The position numbers and the translations under genes were made by a program. Shown here one piece after another: positions 55,733 to 64,000 of a stretch of 64,000 nucleotides of DNA. Source of the stretch: an uncultured virus (IMG/VR IMGVR_UViG_3300042988_001938) (lineage: Duplodnaviria; Heunggongvirae; Uroviricota; Caudoviricetes). The stretch lies in the IMG/VR virus record IMGVR_UViG_3300042988_001938; one strand, given 5' to 3'. The notes below the pieces were generated by a model. That model was not told the origin of the DNA and searched no databases. It saw only the letters and a list, made by a program, of their open reading frames with translations. Each line of letters starts with the position of its first letter. The first letter of the stretch is position 1.

Positions 55733-57583
55733 TTACCAAGTAAATAAATTTGAACCGTCAGAGTAAAGCCTTGCAACACCAAAATTTGCAGTTATAGTTA
55801 CTCCAGTTGTTCCGTCAATTGTTTCAGCACCTTCAGTTTCAATTGTAATATTGCTTATTCCTGCATTTCCTCCCTGGTCTTTTATTATAAAAATTCTTCC
55901 AATTACAACGTCAGAAGATGAAATTGTAATTGTGCCACCAGTTGTAGCAGAAAATCCGTGAATAACATGCCCTGATGTGAAAAAGCTTGAACCTGATGTA
56001 AAAAGGCCAGTATCAAAAGATTTTTTAAGATTAAAATTTTCTGTATATAATGTATTTGATGTTGTAGCAGTTATATCTTGTCCACCTGCAATAACTGAAT
56101 TTATTGATGTTGATATAATAGCGTTTTTTGAACCCCCTATTATAGAGGAATAATTAGAATTTAACTCAATTATATTAAATTTACCATTTCCGATAAATGA
56201 ATAATTAGCGGAAGCCGAATTATTAGCACCATTTCCAATAAAAGAAAAGGAAGCTGAAGACAAATTGTTAGCACCGTTTACAACCGATGAATAAGTATTT
56301 GAAGATTTATTACCTTTTCCATTAATTACTGAAGTATGTATTGATGTTGCTGAATTTTGAAAACCTGTGGCAACAATTGATTTAGTTCCTGAAGCTAAAT
56401 TTTGATTTCCATTCAAAATTAAAGAATACTCTCCTGATGAATAATTCGATACACCGCCAAGAACTATTGGAGACATTTTAGATACAGCTTTATTGTTTTT
56501 ACCATTACCAACTAAAGAAATAATACCATTTGATGTATTATTAAAACCACCAACAATAGATGAATACAAACTTATTGCATTATTTTTATAACCTCCAAGA
56601 ATTGAAGAATATATACCATTTGTTGAGTTTTTAAAACCTCCAATAATTGAGGAATATTTTAAAGATAATGTATTTTCTACACCACCTCCAATAAATGAAT
56701 AATTTCCATTTAATAGATTTGAGCGACCTGCAACAACTGAAGAGCCTCTTGTATTAGCTGAATTTGATAGACCTCCTCCAACAAATGAATAATATCCACT
56801 TGATAGATTTGAGCGACCTGCAACAACTGAAGCAAATTGAGAAGATGCTCTATTAGACTGACCACCACCTATAAAAGAAGAGGTTCCGTTAGATTGATTT
56901 TGAGAGCCGCCTACTACTATAGAATAATTTGCTCCAGCCGTATTATTTGAACCACCGACAATAGATGAAGATAAATATTTAGATGTGTTATATTGACCAC
57001 CCCCAACAAATGATTTATTTCCTAATGCGTTATTTGAATAGCCGCCAACTACAACTGAATAATTATTTGTTGCAACGTTATATAAACCATTTCCAACAAA
57101 TGTAAATCTAGTTGAAGCTGTGTTTTTATATCCATTAGCGATGAAAGAATAATCTCCATTTGCAATACTCCCACTCCCTGCAGCAAAAGAATAACTACCA
57201 CTAGCTAAGTTCCCAGTTCCGTTATTTGCAATAATAGAGTTATTTCCAGTTGAAGCTGTCCATAAATTTCCAGATGTGCCTCCAGCTCCAAAAATATCAT
57301 AAAGATTTGTAGAACCAGAATAAAGTGTATCAGCAGATATAGAAGATACGTTTATATTGTCATTCATGGAGACAGAATAAATAGGAGGAGTGCTAACTCC
57401 AGATAAAGATACCTGAATGTTATCATCACCATTAACCACAACCGTTTGGCCTGTGTTAGCAGAAGCGACCCAAGATACAAGGGCACATCCAACGGCATCA
57501 AAGTTATTATTCCAGATGTTTCTACCTTCGTCTGGGTTGTGATGCTGTTCTACTCTAGTTATACCTGTAAAGCAATAAGACAT
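55733..57583 (-). CDS. tail fibre / beta-helix repeat structural protein
   Basis: ~15-aa repeats S.I.GG..N.A; C-terminal IIKD.GGNA...NITI...ETIDG...LYSDG. Confidence 0.75.
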   Translation of the reverse strand: MSYCFTGITRVEQHHNPDEGRNIWNNNFDAVGCALVSWVASANTGQTVVVNGDDNIQVSLSGVSTPPIYSVSMNDNINVSSISADTLYSGSTNLYDIFGAGGTSGNLWTASTGNNSIIANNGTGNLASGSYSFAAGSGSIANGDYSFIANGYKNTASTRFTFVGNGLYNVATNNYSVVVGGYSNNALGNKSFVGGGQYNTSKYLSSSIVGGSNNTAGANYSIVVGGSQNQSNGTSSFIGGGQSNRASSQFASVVAGRSNLSSGYYSFVGGGLSNSANTRGSSVVAGRSNLLNGNYSFIGGGVENTLSLKYSSIIGGFKNSTNGIYSSILGGYKNNAISLYSSIVGGFNNTSNGIISLVGNGKNNKAVSKMSPIVLGGVSNYSSGEYSLILNGNQNLASGTKSIVATGFQNSATSIHTSVINGKGNKSSNTYSSVVNGANNLSSASFSFIGNGANNSASANYSFIGNGKFNIIELNSNYSSIIGGSKNAIISTSINSVIAGGQDITATTSNTLYTENFNLKKSFDTGLFTSGSSFFTSGHVIHGFSATTGGTITISSSDVVIGRIFIIKDQGGNAGISNITIETEGAETIDGTTGVTITANFGVARLYSDGSNLFTW

Positions 57584-57658
57584 TGTTTGTGTTATTCATA
57601 GTTTCTCTTAATAAATAACACAAGAAAACTTTAAGCACATCTGTTTGAGTGCTTTTTT

Positions 57659-58426
57659 TTAAATATTATTTGACCTAAAATCTAAATTTAGAAACTTGAG
57701 GACCTCCTTGTTTTCTAGCTCCTTAAAGTCGCTTGCATAGAGAGCGTACTCACTATACATTCTAAGGTATTTATCCACTGGAGGCTTATTACTCTTTCCA
57801 AATTTCTGCGTTGTTGTTCTGCTGTTAACATCAACCTCTATTGTTACGTGCGGAAGGTTGTTCTTATCTCTGATAGACAGGATTATTGATTGCCTGTTCT
57901 TTACCTTGGACTTATAGTTTTTTCCGCCTACACAGTGGCCCATTATCTTGCCCTCATGTGTCAAATCATCCTCGCTTAATAGGTACAGGAAGTGTTCTTT
58001 ATCACTGAATCTAAATATCACTCTCTTTGGGTCTATTTCTGGAATATTTATCCTTTCGATTTGGTACTTCCTCATCATCTCATCATGCCAATCTTTCTGG
58101 GCCTCATATGCGCTTGAAAAGTTGTATTGAAATATGTCAGCATTTGTTTCTGTAGCCCAATCTACAATAAGCCTTATCTCAAAGGCTTTATTCAGAATAT
58201 CAGCATCTTTCTTCACTTCCTTTGAAATCCAGACATCATACTTATGCTTCCTTTTCTCAGCCTTATCCTTATTCTGAGTTACGTTTCCACCAATATATCC
58301 AATAGAATCTCCTATGGCAGATATTTTCTGCACCATAGAAATAGCCTCTCCCTCTTCCAGGTGAGAAAAAAAGGTATTCTTTATGTATTCTTCTCTATTC
58401 GTTAGCATTTCTGGCCTCTCCAACAA
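57659..58426 (-). CDS. PcfJ-like domain protein
   Basis: L..EG..MGHCVG, I.S.RD..N.PHVTIE. Confidence 0.75.
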   Translation of the reverse strand: MLERPEMLTNREEYIKNTFFSHLEEGEAISMVQKISAIGDSIGYIGGNVTQNKDKAEKRKHKYDVWISKEVKKDADILNKAFEIRLIVDWATETNADIFQYNFSSAYEAQKDWHDEMMRKYQIERINIPEIDPKRVIFRFSDKEHFLYLLSEDDLTHEGKIMGHCVGGKNYKSKVKNRQSIILSIRDKNNLPHVTIEVDVNSRTTTQKFGKSNKPPVDKYLRMYSEYALYASDFKELENKEVLKFLNLDFRSNNI

Positions 58427-58673
58427 TTAATTTAAGAACAACATCTTCATCAAGTTCCTCCACCTCAAATCTACCAGAATATTCCTTAGAATCATTTAAT
58501 CTAAGCCCATTTATCTTATGGCTTTTTTTGAAGGTGAATTCATTGGTTTCGTCATTTAGGTCAAAATCTACAATAGTGTAACACTTCATAAGCACCCTTA
58601 GTTTGTGCTGAATAGTGGAGAGCTTTCTTTTCTTAAAAACCCTCTTATTGATGACAAAATCCTTGCTGACCAT
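58395..58673 (-). CDS. hypothetical protein
   Basis: Packed run. Confidence 0.65.
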   Translation of the reverse strand: MVSKDFVINKRVFKKRKLSTIQHKLRVLMKCYTIVDFDLNDETNEFTFKKSHKINGLRLNDSKEYSGRFEVEELDEDVVLKLIVGEARNANE

Positions 58674-58676
58674 GGA

Positions 58677-59252
58677 TTACTTTGTTTTTTTCTTTTTCTT
58701 TTTTATTCCAAGGGCATTGATTTTCTTTTGAACGCTGCTTTCATTTCTATTTAAGTGAGTTGCGCAATACTTTCTTCCCTTCGTTGGATAGTGCTTTTTG
58801 AGGAATTGAATATCTTCTTCTGTCCACTCACCCTTAATGAACCCAGCTTCAACATACTGCTCAACCTGGCCGTTAACCACCTCAAGCCTATCAAGGTCTC
58901 CAGTGATTATCATTTCAGGAACATCAACAACGATAGTATTTTCTGTTGTGTGGAAGTGGTCCATTGGTTCATCATTGTTTGAGTCACTTGTTGAATCGAA
59001 GGTTGTTGTTACAACATCTTCAGATGATTCAACGACTTCATCGCTTATTAGCGAAAAAGATACAGATTCCATCAATTGAGCTGGTTCCATTGTTATAAAT
59101 CCTCTTTGTCTAAATACTCTTATTGTTTTTGTATCATAAGTGTCCACAATAATAGCGTCTCCAGCTGGAATAGTCACCTGCTTCTCAACGCCATTAATCA
59201 TGGCAAATAGAGTAATTGCATCACTGTGTACATTTTTAATTTCACTCTTCAT
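58677..59252 (-). CDS. protein with C-terminal Myb-like/HTH domain
   Basis: WTEEDIQFLKKHY...A..LNR...SVQKK...LG. Confidence 0.7.
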   Translation of the reverse strand: MKSEIKNVHSDAITLFAMINGVEKQVTIPAGDAIIVDTYDTKTIRVFRQRGFITMEPAQLMESVSFSLISDEVVESSEDVVTTTFDSTSDSNNDEPMDHFHTTENTIVVDVPEMIITGDLDRLEVVNGQVEQYVEAGFIKGEWTEEDIQFLKKHYPTKGRKYCATHLNRNESSVQKKINALGIKKKKKKTK

Positions 59253-59371
59253 GTCTTATATTAATTTTTTCCGTTTTTAGAAATTTAAACAACAGGGGTA
59301 AAAAAATCAAATTAAATGAAATAAAAAATCCACCATTAGGTGGATTCTTTGATATTTATTTTAAAAGTTTG

Positions 59372-61270
59372 TTAGTTAACTTTAAAGTTTGGGTTTCTAA
59401 CTAATCTTCCAAGTTCAGAATCAAAGTAGTAAGCTGTATTTGGAATTTCTTTAGATGGTCTTGGTTCAACACTCTCATTGATTGTAGAAACTTCTTCCTC
59501 AATTGTGTATTCCTCAACTTCTTGAGACTTATAGTTAGGGTTGTTTACCAAGTTTCCTGTGTTAAGGTCAAGGATAAACGCCTTGCTTTCATTAAGGTAA
59601 TCATCTTCAAATACTTTGAACTCAGCTCCAGAAAGAGAACCTGGTTTAGCAACAGCCATAACCACTCTTCCATTTACTTCATCACCAGCATTAACTGACT
59701 GATTTCTCTTCATGAATTCTGCCTTGTTTTCTTCTTCACCCTGTTCTCTTGAAACCATTTTTTCTCTGGTACCGTCTTCAATTGGACAACCGCAAGATTC
59801 AGCAAGCTTAACTGTAGAGTTTTTCTCAAAGTTAGAAAGAGATGCCCATCTATTCTTTTCCTCGTCAGAGTTTCTCTTGTGAGTTATGATATACCTCTTA
59901 TTAACTCCCTTCTCTTCATTTTCAGAGATGGTGAAAAATTTCTTCTTGTTAAGGTCAAGACCTTCTGAGAGACCCTTAGCTTCCTTACCTTTCATTGCAG
60001 CTCTTCCTTTTGGAGAACCCTTAGAAAGTCTGTCTTCCTCTGCAGAATTAACATCAACTCCATGCAATCCAAGTGGATGGTTTTTATCCATTCCCTTAGG
60101 AGCATATCCATCAGCATCAAGTTCAACAGTTGTCCAACCATTTACATTTTCTCTCTTAAGAGACCTTTTCTTGTCTCTTTGAGCGTAAGGTGTTTGAGCA
60201 AACTTATCTTCAGTTTCGCTTACTTTCTTTGTTGGCTTATTAGGTTTTTTCATTTCTTTATCGAAATCACCACCCTTAGCGAATGCACCAGGAGTTAAGT
60301 AAGCGCCCGCACCAGCTCCGCCAGCACTCATTGTAACCTCATCAAGATTCTTCTCTTTTTCTGACTCCCAGTCATTATTTATTGTCTTCCACTCAGATGG
60401 CTTAAGTTCCTTAGGATTTGAAGCACCGAAGTGTTTCATCTTCTTCTCGAAGTAATCTCTGTAGTCTTTTCCGTGCTTTTCTTCAGCCTCTTCAAGGTCA
60501 TCAAACAAAAGATTTCCAGGAGAATTTGCGTCCTTAACTTCTGGGTGATTAAGTTCTACATCTCCCTTTTCCTTCTTCTTTGTAGATTCCATGATTTTGT
60601 TGATTGTCTCATCAAAATCTCCACTAAGAATGTCTTTTAAGCTTAATTTGTTCATGTTATTTTCAACCATTGAGTTTATACTTTTTTCTACTCTATCTTC
60701 AATACCTAATTTTGTTTTTATCATGTAGTTAGCCTCTCTAACTGCATAATCATCAAACTTCTTCTTTAGTTCTTTCTTAAAGGTGTCCATTTGGTCTACC
60801 TTCATGCTGCATACATCATCAATCATGAAAGGGCCTTTCTTGTCATGATGACCTCTGAAGAATGAATCTTCAGTTGTCTTATAGGTGATGTCCATAGTTT
60901 TTGACTCGACATCCACATCAACGTGAATCTCGATAACCATTCTCTTACCACCGAAGCTGATAATTTTCTCAAAAAATCCGTTTGTTGCCTTCGGCCCCTT
61001 AACTCTGTTAACCTTAACATTGCACTGACCCTTTGCAGCACCCGTTCCATAGGTTGAACCGTCACCATAAACACCTCTATTCCAGCCTTGTTGGCCGCTT
61101 GAATCTTCTACACTACGAGTCTCAACCCCCTCGGACTTGAATGCTTTATCTGTAGAATCAATTAACTGCTCCTCAATCGCATCATAGACCTTAGACTTAA
61201 GTTCTTGATTTGTTGCGAATTCAGAACGCTGCTTGTCATTCTTTTCTGGATTATTTTCTATATTGGCCAT
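59372..61270 (-). CDS. large charged protein, probably virion head protein
   Basis: Many (I/L/V)xE sites, LDE..S.GG.G.Y.TP.AF motif; CTATTTATAG upstream. Confidence 0.7.
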   Translation of the reverse strand: MANIENNPEKNDKQRSEFATNQELKSKVYDAIEEQLIDSTDKAFKSEGVETRSVEDSSGQQGWNRGVYGDGSTYGTGAAKGQCNVKVNRVKGPKATNGFFEKIISFGGKRMVIEIHVDVDVESKTMDITYKTTEDSFFRGHHDKKGPFMIDDVCSMKVDQMDTFKKELKKKFDDYAVREANYMIKTKLGIEDRVEKSINSMVENNMNKLSLKDILSGDFDETINKIMESTKKKEKGDVELNHPEVKDANSPGNLLFDDLEEAEEKHGKDYRDYFEKKMKHFGASNPKELKPSEWKTINNDWESEKEKNLDEVTMSAGGAGAGAYLTPGAFAKGGDFDKEMKKPNKPTKKVSETEDKFAQTPYAQRDKKRSLKRENVNGWTTVELDADGYAPKGMDKNHPLGLHGVDVNSAEEDRLSKGSPKGRAAMKGKEAKGLSEGLDLNKKKFFTISENEEKGVNKRYIITHKRNSDEEKNRWASLSNFEKNSTVKLAESCGCPIEDGTREKMVSREQGEEENKAEFMKRNQSVNAGDEVNGRVVMAVAKPGSLSGAEFKVFEDDYLNESKAFILDLNTGNLVNNPNYKSQEVEEYTIEEEVSTINESVEPRPSKEIPNTAYYFDSELGRLVRNPNFKVN

Positions 61271-61371
61271 TGAAAATATATTTTTCTATAAATAGCTAAA
61301 AAAACTGAATTACAATAAAAAAGCCCGCTAATTACAGCGAGCTTTTCTAAGTTTGGTAGTTTAGGGTGCTT

Positions 61372-61674
61372 TTACTTAATCAAACCTTTCAATTTCCAGA
61401 CTTCCCAAGTTTCACTATCTACAGTGTGTCTAAATCCAGGATTATCGAGATACATAGAACCCTTGTACATATATCCAACAAATCTCCTCTTCGTAACCCT
61501 CTTTTTCTTGAAGGATATTTTACCAGTTATGTCAACATTATCTAAGGATAATTCATTATCTTCAACTTCATATGAGTGCATCTTGAACATCTTTTCAGCA
61601 AGTAACCAAAATTTATAGTTCCAGATAGCATTAAGTATATAAAATCTCAAACTTGAATGTTTCCAAATTTTCAT
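61372..61674 (-). CDS. hypothetical protein
   Basis: Terminator at about 61317-61347. Confidence 0.7.
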   Translation of the reverse strand: MKIWKHSSLRFYILNAIWNYKFWLLAEKMFKMHSYEVEDNELSLDNVDITGKISFKKKRVTKRRFVGYMYKGSMYLDNPGFRHTVDSETWEVWKLKGLIK

Positions 61675-61982
61675 GACAAAGTTATGTTGGAAAATATAAA
61701 ATACAAGAGGAATACAAAAAGAGATACCATTCCCGTCATCATAAAGAACATAGTTAAATTAAATCTAATTCTTCTCCAGATTGACAGTTCATCATAACCC
61801 TCTTGCTTTCTTGTTGTTTGGAAATCATTCCAGACACTCCAAACCGCAAACACATCTGCAATAGATAGTATGGCCAATATGACTTTTAAAAGTATTATCA
61901 TTTCTCTTCGTTGTTTTCTTCTTGAGATTCTGGCTTTGGTGGCATCATTGACTCCGCTAATTGTAACATGAAGAATTCGCAC
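61671..61982 (-). CDS. membrane protein (start probably ~61901)
   Basis: Two TM helices. Confidence 0.6.
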   Translation of the reverse strand: MRILHVTISGVNDATKARISRRKQRREMIILLKVILAILSIADVFAVWSVWNDFQTTRKQEGYDELSIWRRIRFNLTMFFMMTGMVSLFVFLLYFIFSNITLS

Positions 61983-62191
61983 TCTTGCATTTTTGCGTGT
62001 ATATCAGATAGCTTACCAAGCTCAAACTCTATTTTATCCATTAAGTCAACTTCGTTGCTGGCATTTGATAGTAGTGCATTTATATTATGCATAATACCAG
62101 CCTGCTTTGACTTAAGGGAAAGCATTACCTGTGATAATATTTCAAGCTTATTGGACATTTGTTCTTGAAATCTCAACGTCAAGGTCTTCAT
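61898..62191 (-). CDS. hypothetical protein (start probably MSNKL, ~62158)
   Basis: Packed run. Confidence 0.65.
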   Translation of the reverse strand: MKTLTLRFQEQMSNKLEILSQVMLSLKSKQAGIMHNINALLSNASNEVDLMDKIEFELGKLSDIHAKMQECEFFMLQLAESMMPPKPESQEENNEEK

Positions 62192-62603
62192 AGAAGACTT
62201 CGATTACTGGAGAAATTCCTACGTTTGTTGTCTCATATGTGAACATAGCGTCACTCAAGTACTCATCAAGGATTTCACCAGCATTTTTAACAGACTCAGC
62301 TTCTACCATATAGTTCTGCTTAACTTTTGTAATCTTGTCACCATCCTCGTGTGCAATGCTGATTTTACACAAGTACCACTGGCCGCCTTCATCGTTTCTT
62401 ACGATTTCAGTTACTTCTGTCACTGCCATGGCATGAACAAGGAATTCACCATCTGCAGTCTTACCAATCTCTTTGTTGATTCTTGCTTCTGCATCAGTAA
62501 AAGAAACTGCTGGAAGTAGAAATGCTTCGTTAACTTTCTTAGACTCTTCTCCTTCAGTGCCTTTTTTGTTGTACTTAACCTTTACGGTATACCATCTATT
62601 CAT
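62148..62603 (-). CDS. DUF4494-like Bacteroidota protein
   Basis: WY.VKVKY, A.SFTDAEARI, WY.CKI, YMVEA.S. Confidence 0.7.
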   Translation of the reverse strand: MNRWYTVKVKYNKKGTEGEESKKVNEAFLLPAVSFTDAEARINKEIGKTADGEFLVHAMAVTEVTEIVRNDEGGQWYLCKISIAHEDGDKITKVKQNYMVEAESVKNAGEILDEYLSDAMFTYETTNVGISPVIEVFYEDLDVEISRTNVQ

Positions 62604-62659
62604 AATGTCTATTTTTAGTTTACCACAAATTTATAACTTTACAAATTAAAATGCAATAG

Positions 62660-63493
62660 TTATCTGTGGATTCTGCTATTTGTTGTAGACATTATTTTGG
62701 TATTGAAGATTCCCATCCCCTTATTTGTACCAGCTCCGCCAGCTTTTCTGAGATTCTTCTTAGTATTTAGATTATCTTGATTTAGTGAGCCCATCTCCTG
62801 GTTTACCCAGTCCCTTCCAGAATCACCTCCACGAAGTTCCCATGATTGTATAATTCCTGAGTTTTCAATAGTCTTTCCAGCTGCCTTTTCTTTTCTGTGC
62901 TGCTCCTCATGAGTATCAAAGAAAGACTTCATCTTTCTCATCATATCAAAACTTTGAGTTTGTTTTGATGCTAGTTCTTTGGCTTTATTAAGTCCAGAGC
63001 CAATATCGGTACCAGATTGAGTGAGATTATTTCTTGAGACCACATTTATTGCAGCTTGCGATTTCTGTGCAACATTTGGTGGTGGAGTAAAAGTCTTGTT
63101 ATTATCAAAGTTAAATGCTTCACTCAGCACACTTCTGACTATGCTCCTAATCTCTTGTATGAATTCCTCTTTCATTTTTGGGTATCTAATCATAGTGTCA
63201 GAGTGCTCGTAAGATTTGTGCACACCCTGGTTTAACTTAAATCCAAATTTTTTATAAAACTGTACCAGCTTATTTTTGTTTCCACCAAAATCCGATGATG
63301 GAGTTAGGGTGATTACTTTTGTTGTATTGTCTGCGTAGTTCACAAGGTCGTTCATTATCTTGGTTCCAATTCCTTGATTTCTGAACTCAGGATTAATTAT
63401 AATTCTAGGAACTTTGATGCTACTGTTATTTTCGTGTACATCAAGCCCCAATAAATATTCTTCATACTTATCTCGTAAATAACCCTCAATCAT
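62660..63493 (-). CDS. GNAT acetyltransferase domain fused to a phage domain
   Basis: PEFRNQGIGT...FYKKFGF; IRSIVRSVLSE linker; PP..V...WELRGGD.G..W. Confidence 0.75.
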   Translation of the reverse strand: MIEGYLRDKYEEYLLGLDVHENNSSIKVPRIIINPEFRNQGIGTKIMNDLVNYADNTTKVITLTPSSDFGGNKNKLVQFYKKFGFKLNQGVHKSYEHSDTMIRYPKMKEEFIQEIRSIVRSVLSEAFNFDNNKTFTPPPNVAQKSQAAINVVSRNNLTQSGTDIGSGLNKAKELASKQTQSFDMMRKMKSFFDTHEEQHRKEKAAGKTIENSGIIQSWELRGGDSGRDWVNQEMGSLNQDNLNTKKNLRKAGGAGTNKGMGIFNTKIMSTTNSRIHR

Positions 63494-63500
63494 CTTATCC

Positions 63501-63983
63501 TTATTTAATCAAGTTAAGAATAGCCGTCTTTATATCTTGTGGTAATTTAGAGGGAAAACCTAAGTTAGCAAGATTCCAATTAACCTCGTCATAGAACGCA
63601 ATGTTATTTACTGGCGCTCCACTATTGAGTGTTCTCTTAATTGCCAATTCAAGAGCCTCACCATCCTTAAGAGCTATAGCATTCCCTTGTGCCCCTTGGT
63701 ACATTGTTGGATTGCTGTATAGATTGTCAATGATTGAAGTAACTGTTCTTGGCTGAGCAACACCACGCATACCGCCACCTGGTTCAGAGCCACCCATAAA
63801 GCCGCCCTGCTCAGATTCTTTTAGAGCTGCTGTATTCTCTCCAGAAGCAAGAGAGGATAATCTCCTGAACTCTTCCTGAAGTTTTTCTGCATTAGTTTCT
63901 TGTCTTTCTTCCTTAAAGATTTCACCCTTTTGCTCATAAGCCTGAGTAAGCTTACGCATTCTGTCTTTCTCTCTGTTTTCCAT
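63501..63983 (-). CDS. putative virion head-associated protein
   Basis: EKDRMRKL, LQEEFRRL..LA, LKE. Confidence 0.6.
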   Translation of the reverse strand: MENREKDRMRKLTQAYEQKGEIFKEERQETNAEKLQEEFRRLSSLASGENTAALKESEQGGFMGGSEPGGGMRGVAQPRTVTSIIDNLYSNPTMYQGAQGNAIALKDGEALELAIKRTLNSGAPVNNIAFYDEVNWNLANLGFPSKLPQDIKTAILNLIK

Positions 63984-64000
63984 TTTACCAAGTTATTACA

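Noticed and set aside
1..64000. Alternative genetic code (stop-codon reassignment as in some large phages)
   Set aside because: Known enzymes (ThyA, PncB, NadE, Adk) are intact in the standard code and genes pack densely with TAA, TGA and TAG all used as stops.

Overview
This window looks like part of a large, AT-rich, lytic T4-like/jumbo phage genome, probably infecting a Bacteroidota host. Host clues are TAnnTTTG -7 boxes, A-rich leaders without Shine-Dalgarno sites, a T9SS C-terminal-domain protein and a DUF4494-like protein. (1) 1-18.6 kb is an array of about 45 small, mostly unknown, mostly minus-strand genes plus a tRNA-Arg, a tRNA-like element and several ncRNA candidates. It is punctuated by about 51 copies (hand count) of a 29-bp motif, TGTGATTTTTGAGA-N5-GTTGTTAGAG on the coding strand. 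The motif behaves as a promoter, with an ATG exactly 4 nt downstream in 17 cases, and supplies the stop codon of the preceding gene in 21 cases, giving a cassette-like architecture. (2) 18.6-19.1 kb is a non-coding homopolymer-rich junction. (3) 19.8-24.8 kb is a run of small ORFs sharing a C-terminal I-x-x-K-H-C tail that overlaps the next start codon. (4) 25-64 kb holds metabolic and counter-defence genes (adk, PncB-NadD-NadE-Nudix NAD cluster, HD-kinase, CCA-adding enzyme, thyA, dNMP kinase), a tail-fibre-like gene and putative head-packaged proteins. At least four promoter classes are visible. All functional calls come from reading motifs by eye; no database searches were run.
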